From the human T2T-CHM13v2.0 reference genome, Homo sapiens, in NCBI RefSeq assembly GCF_009914755.1, contig NC_060941.1: a stretch of DNA of 64,000 bases, one strand, 5' to 3'. Shown piece after piece: positions 57,268 to 64,000 of the stretch. The notes under the pieces were generated by a model that had not been told where the DNA came from, searched no databases, and saw only the letters and a list, made by a program, of their open reading frames with translations. Both the position numbers and the translations under genes were made by a program. The number at the start of each line of letters is the position of its first letter. The stretch's first letter is position 1.

Positions 57268-58819
57268 CTGAGAAAAACATGATGAACTGTTCTTAGTGCA
57301 ATTAAAAGAAGATTCCAGATAAATGGCATTTTAAGACATGGAGGCAGGTCGATTACCCACCCAGACCCATCAGTGACACTATGTGGCAAAGCAGTTCTTC
57401 TTTTAATGTCGGTCTAACTTAGCAACCCGAGGAAAGTGGATCACTCCACTGGCCACTGCCTCTTTCCCACTGGATCCCATCCATCACTGGGGCACTTGTG
57501 CTCACCAGACACCTGGTGGCCTGGAAAGCCCTTTTTCAGCAGCCGTTTCTGGAGCCCACCAGGGTCCAGGTGATAGAGTTTGGCAAGGAACCCCTTGCTC
57601 ACATGATAGCTGGGGCAGACAATAGCAAATGAACAAGCAAGCACCATCAAGGCAGGCAACACTGAGTGCTATGAACAAAGATAAAGTGGGCAATGGAATG
57701 GCATGTTGGGTGTTGACTCCGAGAAGGTGTTCAGAAAACCTCTCTGAAGGGGCAGCATTTGGGCAGAGGTCCAGACTGTGTCCAATGGCAGAAAAGAGAA
57801 TGCTTGTGGTCCCAGAAGTGGAGCAAGCTTTGTGAGTTTAGAGAGCAGCAAGAAGCCAGTATCCCTGGGACCGGGGAGCTGATGTGGGATTTGTGTACCC
57901 ACAAACACGTTCTAGGTGCTAACCAGAAACCCTCCATGTGAGAGCAGAGACCTTGGAGATCCTGAGGGTTTCTGCTGAGCCCTGGAATCTAGTCACGCTA
58001 TTTTGATAGCAGAATGGATGAGAGAATTTAAGGCCCAGGGCCAGATCTAATGGACCGCTATATAAAGCTGGGACCCTAAATAAGTCTTTTTCAAAGGAAC
58101 AGCAGCAAGACTCTTATCTCAATCTATCTCCCCTGAAGTGGCCTGAATTAATACTACCTGTATGATCCCCAAAACTCCTAAAGTGGAAAATTTGATTGAC
58201 TTGGCCCTGACCAGTGGTATTCCCAGACAAGGGCAGAAGATGCAAATACAAAACCTCTCTGGTAGAATGTAGGCTATAATATGAGTACATTTTTGAAAAG
58301 GGCTAGAAATGATCAAGAAGAGATTAGAAAAAAACAGAGCCCCTAGAAATGTAAGAAGTGAAATGAAAAGCTCAATGGATAGCTTAGACACAGCTGAAGA
58401 GAGAATTAGAAAACTGGAAGATCTGAAAACATTATCCAGAGAACTGGAAGATATAACAGCAACATCAAGAGACATTGAAGAATGTCTAACCTTTGGGTAA
58501 TTGGGGTCTCAGAATGAAATGAAGTGATGCAGATATTCCATACTGACATGCAACAGTCCCCAGATACAGAAGCCTAACAGTCTCACATTTAGACCTGCCA
58601 CAGTGAAACTGCAGAACTGTAAGAAGGACAGAGTGATATAAACGACTACCAATTTCCCAGCAGCAGCACTGGAGTTGAGCAGTGAGTAGACCAAGGTCTT
58701 CATTATGCTGAGAGAAAATAGCTGTCAAGTTGCTTGAATTGTGCCCACAGCATAACATTAAAGAAGAGAACACAATTAAGTCATTTAGATAAAAATATGC
58801 CATTCTTATCTGTTTGGTT

Positions 58820-59008
58820 TTTTAATCTTGGCTTAATATTTGGGGTTGAGTCATTTGTTTTGAGAGCTGTCCTGTTTATTGCAGGGTGTTCAGCAACATC
58901 CCAGATGGAAGCAGCATCCCCCTACCCAGCTGTGACAAAAAGAAAAAAAAATGTCTCCAGACACTGCCAAATATCTTCTGGGGGTGCCCCTGGTTGAGAA
59001 CCACTGCT
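58820..59008 (-). mobile_element. MER20 (hAT-Charlie) fragment
   Basis: minus strand cagtggttctcaacc...atttggcagtgtctggagacattt. Confidence 0.75.
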
Positions 59009-59081
59009 TTAGTGGATAAACTTTAGGCAGGAGGGAAATGATCGCAGTTGGATAGTTGGAGGAATGTGGAGCAAGGGAAGC

Positions 59082-59087
59082 AATAAA
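59082..59087 (+). terminator. TBCD: Candidate distal TBCD poly(A) signal AATAAA (long 3' UTR)
   Basis: canonical hexamer with GT/T-rich downstream tract (atgtggatttttttt). Confidence 0.45.
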
Positions 59088-59758
59088 CTGTGACCATAAA
59101 AACATAGAAAGATGGCTTATATGTGGATTTTTTTTTAAAGCACGTAGAATTGCTTAAAATGGACAACAGCAGCATATAAATCAGTGGCAGAGTTGGTGGC
59201 TGAATTTAGAGCATCTTAAGTCTATGTTCTCCTGGAACAGAGTGCAGATAATTCAGTTATCAGCTTGGCTAGGTGCATGTTGAAGTATTTAGTCACACAC
59301 AAACAGTTAATGTATGGGGAAGATAACTTCTATACTAGTAGGAGAGAAATGGAACAAGAATAAAAAATACACTATCAAAATATGCAAGAATGGCAAGAGG
59401 AAAAGGCAGAACAAGCTGCAAAACACACACACAATTAGAAATAAATATTTTGGGACACAATAAATGTGAATGGATTAAAACCTCTGTTAATGACAAAGTT
59501 CTCCAGTTAAAGGAAGGCAAATAGTGTTATTAGGAATAGATTACTATATGATGATTAAAGGCTCAGTTCAACAGGAAGATGATTGATAGAACTTTCCTAC
59601 ATTTGTAACACAGTCTTAGAAGATATTAAAGCAAACATTCAAGAAGAAATTGATCACCTACTACCATAGTGTATTTTATTGAATTGGTACATTTCAATAA
59701 AGTGTCATAAGGCACGGTTGAAGGAGAAAAACTTGACCCAATGGACAGTTACAGAACC

Positions 59759-59761
<3 letters not shown>

Positions 59762-59805
<44 letters not shown>
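59762..59805. repeat. (GT)n microsatellite
   Basis: direct reading. Confidence 0.95.
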
Positions 59806-59807
<2 letters not shown>

Positions 59808-60122
59808 ACAGAAATTTTAAAAATGTTTTTAAAAACATCTCTTTAAAAGAAATAATGAAAATTATAAAATATATAATGAAAGATAAAAGTTAATCAAAAC
59901 AGATAGAATTCACCTAAAGTGGTGCTTAAGCGATTCTGAAGTCGTGAATTATACATTACAGAAGAAAGGCTGGAAATTAATGAGCTGAACATAAGCAGAG
60001 GACTAACTGTAAAGAAAATTAGAATAAGAGCAGAATGAAAAGGAAATGAAACATAATAAAGAAACAAACCCAGATGGTTCTTCGGTGAAAAGACCCACCT
60101 GGGAGCAGCTGCCATGGGTCCG

Positions 60123-60203
60123 TCAGCTGAAGTGAAGGAAGTCCTGGCCCTCCTGCAAGTGCAGTGACCTCAGGTTGTCCTCAAAGGCGCCCCCTGTGAG
60201 GTC
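60123..60203 (-). CDS. B3GNTL1: B3GNTL1/QTGAL (queuosine-tRNA galactosyltransferase) last coding exon, DLTGGAFEDNLRSLHLQEGQDFLHFS-stop
   Basis: minus strand ctgacag|GAC CTC ACA GGG ... TTC AGC TGA; matches recalled C-terminus; B3GNTL1 is the known convergent neighbour of TBCD. Confidence 0.92.
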   Translation of the reverse strand, partial: DLTGGAFEDNLRSLHLQEGQDFLHFS

Positions 60204-63200
60204 CTGTCAGGAGCAGCAGATTCAGCTCAGTCCGGTCTCCTGGCTCTAGGAGGCCACTGTGGAGCCTCCTCCAGGGCCAGGGGTTGGGGGTGGCCTGTGT
60301 CCACCTGTCAAGTGTTCTGCTCCTCTGCTAATAGCGGAGAGGCTGGAAGGAGACAAAGGCCAGAGAGGGCAGCAGCCGGCACTGCTTGTACCACAGGCCC
60401 TGTTGGTCACCAGAGGGGAGGCCCCCCCTGCCTTCTGGCCTTGCCTCTCTACATAAGGTGGCTGACTCTCCCTGGGGGCACTCGGAATGGAATGAGACTA
60501 ACAGGCAATGCCTCTGCTGTTTGACCAGGGCAGACCCACCTTCCCTCCACACACCCACCCCTCTGCACAGGCCAGGAGTGGGAGGAGGCCCCTCAGACAG
60601 AAACTGCATCTCAGAACCATCAACAGCTGCCCCTGTCTGATCTCCTCTGGCCTCTGTCATCCCCACCCCTGCAATGGAGTGAGGGCTGTGACCCCGGGTC
60701 CCTGGATGCTTAATCTTGTCCTGTGTGCTGGCCTTGGCCAGGTCACCTACTCTCCTGTATGAGGCCACAGCAGGTGTCCAGAAATGCCTTTCAGACGTGC
60801 CCTGCACCCCAGCACCTCCTGAACAAGTTCCTGAAGACAGCCCGGCAGAGTGGTGGACACAAGTCTCTGGCCTCTGGCAGGACAGAGGAGGGACTATGCA
60901 TTCCTGTCACAGTCCTTGGTCCTTGGGCCCAGCAGGAGGAATCGGAGCTTGGCTGCGCCCCTTACCCCCACCACATCAGAATCCATTACACCACCTACCA
61001 CTGCTGTCACTCAAATGATGCTGTCACTCAAAGCCATCCTTCCTGGAAAACATTTCCACACACTCTGCCGCTATCTGTCCTTCCTCCCTTGTCTCTCTGC
61101 TCTAGAGTTTGCAAAGGAAACACACCTGAGTTCAGGGACCAGGCCAGCCCAGTGCGTGTTGACACCGTCTTAAACAAGACTCTGTTAAAACTAGATGCTT
61201 CTGTAAAGCAACATGTTCCATTAGGAGAATGAAAAGGCAAACCACAAAATGGAGGAAGACATTTGCAAAACATTAAACCAACAAAGTCGAGCAGCCAGAG
61301 GTGTAGGGGACTCCTACAGGTCAGGAGAGACGCAGCGTGCAGTAGGCCGGTGGGGAACCCTGATGAGAAACACCGCCAGAGAGGAAGGAACTCCAGTGTC
61401 CAGCGGGCACGGGGGGTTGTTGGTCAGACTCACACCTGAAACCACCATGAGAACACACTCCCCAAACGGCTGGCGACCAAGTGCCCAGCCCAGTGTGAGG
61501 GAGCCGAGCACCTGGGCCCTCTGGCTCTGGGCATGTTCCTGGGCATCATCCAGAGAAGCTGAGGATGCAGCCACACCCACGACCTGCCTTCCACTCCCAG
61601 GATTAGACCCGAGGCAGGGATGCTCACGCAGGAGGACACAGCGTCCTTGCAAGGGCAAACCGGGAACCACTGCCCACAGGCCTGGGTCCTGGCGTGGCCT
61701 CTGGGTGGGGTGGCGTTTGCACACGGGACGTGGAGAAAGTCCACACCATGCACAGCGATACGCACACACCCCAAACACGTGGAGTGAAAACCAGATGCGA
61801 GAACACAGACACTGGATTCTGCTCACATGAACTACAAAAATAGGATAAATTAGACTATGGTTTAGGGATGTGTTCACGCACACGCCATGAGGGTTGGCCC
61901 TGCCAGGTGCCAAATGCACGTTCACAACCAACATAGACGGCATTTCGTTCCTGGAAAAGCAGTGATGTAAACGATGTTGGGACAATTATCCAAATAGAAA
62001 AATTGGCATCTGTAATCAAAAGAAATTCCAGTTGTATCAAAGATGTAATTAAAAACTAGAAATCCCAGAAGCAAAATGGGACAATGTTGTTTTTTAAATT
62101 TCACAACCAGGAGTGATTGTCTTAGAATGAATCAGACTCCATAAATGAAAGTCACTTAATTTGATTATATCACAATGGCAAAAATACAAAAATATCAAAT
62201 GGCAGGAAAATTTGCAGCATGTCGGAGAGTTTTCCTTATGAAAAATACTGACCAATAGAAAAATGGGCTAATGAAAATAATAATTTACTGAAGGGGAAAT
62301 AAAGCAGTTTATAAATATGTGAGAAGATGCTTTCCCTCCCTTTAAGGGCACGAGGCAGGTGCTCCATCGCTGGTGGGTTGGGTTGGCACAGCAGCTGCGG
62401 GTGGTGAACAGCCAGACTGGGATTGAATGTGTGTGCTCTTTGACCCAGAAATTTTTAGAATTTATTCCACACAGAGCCACTTGAGCGAAATTATGTATAT
62501 ATACAAATACTGCAGCAGCATTTTAAACAGCAGATGATTAAAAATGGCCAAAAGGTACATCAGTAAGTAACTGTATCACAAATGCATGAAACATCCGTAT
62601 AATCGAAGAGCGGGTGTTTTAGTGACGAACGTGAACCTTGGGTTTCTCTTTACTCTTCCAGCTAACGGTGGAGGAAGGCACAACAACAGTGCCACCGAGG
62701 TGCCCTGAGACCCGCAAGCTGCTCCCGCCAAACGGAATTGCAGGGGAGCCTGATGCGGCCTCGGTCTGACCACCTCTCAAAAGGATGGAGCAGAACACGC
62801 AAAACCACAGGGAACCGGTCGGCAGAGTGCAGGATACACAAGCCCATTCTTCAGCTGAACTAAGAAAAGAGCGTCGGCGTCAGGGAGACAGAAAGGTCAT
62901 GTCGTAAAGGTCACACGGACGCTGCCGGGTTCCAGCAAGCAAACTTAAAACATGAAGCAATTTATAAGGCAATTAGGAAGATTTGAACATCGATGGGATA
63001 TTTGGAATTCTGTGGTGGGATGGTGGTTTTATGGTCCTTTTAACAGTTTTTATCTCCTTGAGATAGGGAAACAATAATGGATGAAATTAGGCTAGAATGA
63101 GTGCCACAACACCAGCGTGGGGATTTGGAGGTGTGGAGGACACATAAGATGGACACGCTTGCTCCAGGGATGGGTACATAGGGCTGGTTTCCTGTCACTT

Positions 63201-63539
63201 TGCTAATATGGCTCAAATAAGCTGGAAATTTCCCTGAATAGAAAAGTCACAGCAACAGTAGAGCCCGGGGGCTCCAGCGGCTTCACACGGAATAACCTCC
63301 AATCTACACACGTGAAAAGAGCAAGAGATGGAACAAGCATGTGCTGTGAGGCCACACTGCCAGCTGCCCCTGGAAGAACAAGCAAGAGACAGGTGACCGT
63401 GGGGGCTCTGGGCCCTCCAAGGACACAGCGTGTGCAGGACAAGGAGGAACCTCCTTTCCCATGCTCAGCCGGCTCCCTGGGAAGGGTTTTCACCAAGTGC
63501 CTTGGGGTTCATATGAGCGCCCCAAGATAGTAGTGACAC

Positions 63540-64000
63540 CACAGGTCACCATAACACATACGATAACAGTTTGACATATTGCGAGAATTACCACAAGGAG
63601 ACGTGGAGTGGGCATGCTGCTGGAAGAGCGGCACTGACGGGGTTGGAGAGGGGGTCCCTGAGAAGTAGATCCTGAAGAGGCTGTTTCTGAAAAACTAAAC
63701 CAGATTCGTGTAGAATTTGCATTTTATAACTGCTTCTCGGAGCCTCCCGTTTACTCACCTAAATGTCCCCGGTAACTTGGACAACGGTTATTCAAAGGTT
63801 TTCATTACTTTGCTCAGATCCATCAGAGCAATCACTATCTTTGGCGGCTACGGCCTTAGAAAACGTCTTTCTCCAATAAGACTGGAAAGTTGGAATGACT
63901 CCTGGACCCACGGTCTGCAGAACGGATGCTGTGTCAGCACAAAAACACGAACCCCTCGTACATCAGCCTCAGAGCTCCTGGGTGACCAGGTGCACTGTCA
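63540..64000. mobile_element. Tigger2-like DNA transposon remnant
   Basis: ctgcagaacggatgctgtgtcagc...cagagctcctgggtgaccaggtgca resembles Tigger2 as recalled. Confidence 0.6.

Larger units (their letters stand above)
58250..60080 (+). mobile_element. Decayed L1 ORF1/ORF2 remnant, interrupted by MER20 and (GT)n (approximate)
   Basis: A-rich; ORF 58309..58500 EMKSSMDSLDTAEERIRKLED resembles the ORF1p coiled coil. Confidence 0.7.

Noticed and set aside
58309-58500. Coiled-coil-like 63-aa ORF
   Set aside because: Fragment of L1 ORF1p, truncated and degenerate
60186-60202. CTCF-like GGCGCCCCCTG in the QTGAL exon
   Set aside because: Two key 5' core positions mismatch; explained by Thr-Gly-Gly-Ala codons

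Overview
Human genomic DNA, GC-rich and minisatellite-dense, recognisable as subtelomeric 17q25.3. On the + strand lies the 3' half of TBCD (tubulin-folding cofactor D). I located 24 GT-AG coding exons (exons 16-39 of the usual 39-exon model, numbering from memory) between 3006 and 55655. Together they give 2046 nt in one open frame, from AAFQENVGRQ to ...PQPGAC-stop. On the - strand lies the last coding exon of B3GNTL1/QTGAL (60203-60123, DLTGGAFEDNLRSLHLQEGQDFLHFS-stop) and a probable spliced 3'-UTR exon. The two genes converge, and their candidate poly(A) signals interdigitate over about 55.3-59.1 kb. Introns contain about 15 Alus, decayed L1, MER20, MER21 and Tigger pieces, and more than a dozen VNTRs, several abutting splice sites. 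I found no wholly new biological system or foreign insert. The best leads are the TBCD/QTGAL antisense overlap (one PAS apparently donated by an old L1), several in-frame or poison splice options in TBCD, and a 17-copy 39-bp VNTR carrying E-box and CTCF-like motifs. Almost all ORFs in the supplied track are artefacts of repeats or GC content.
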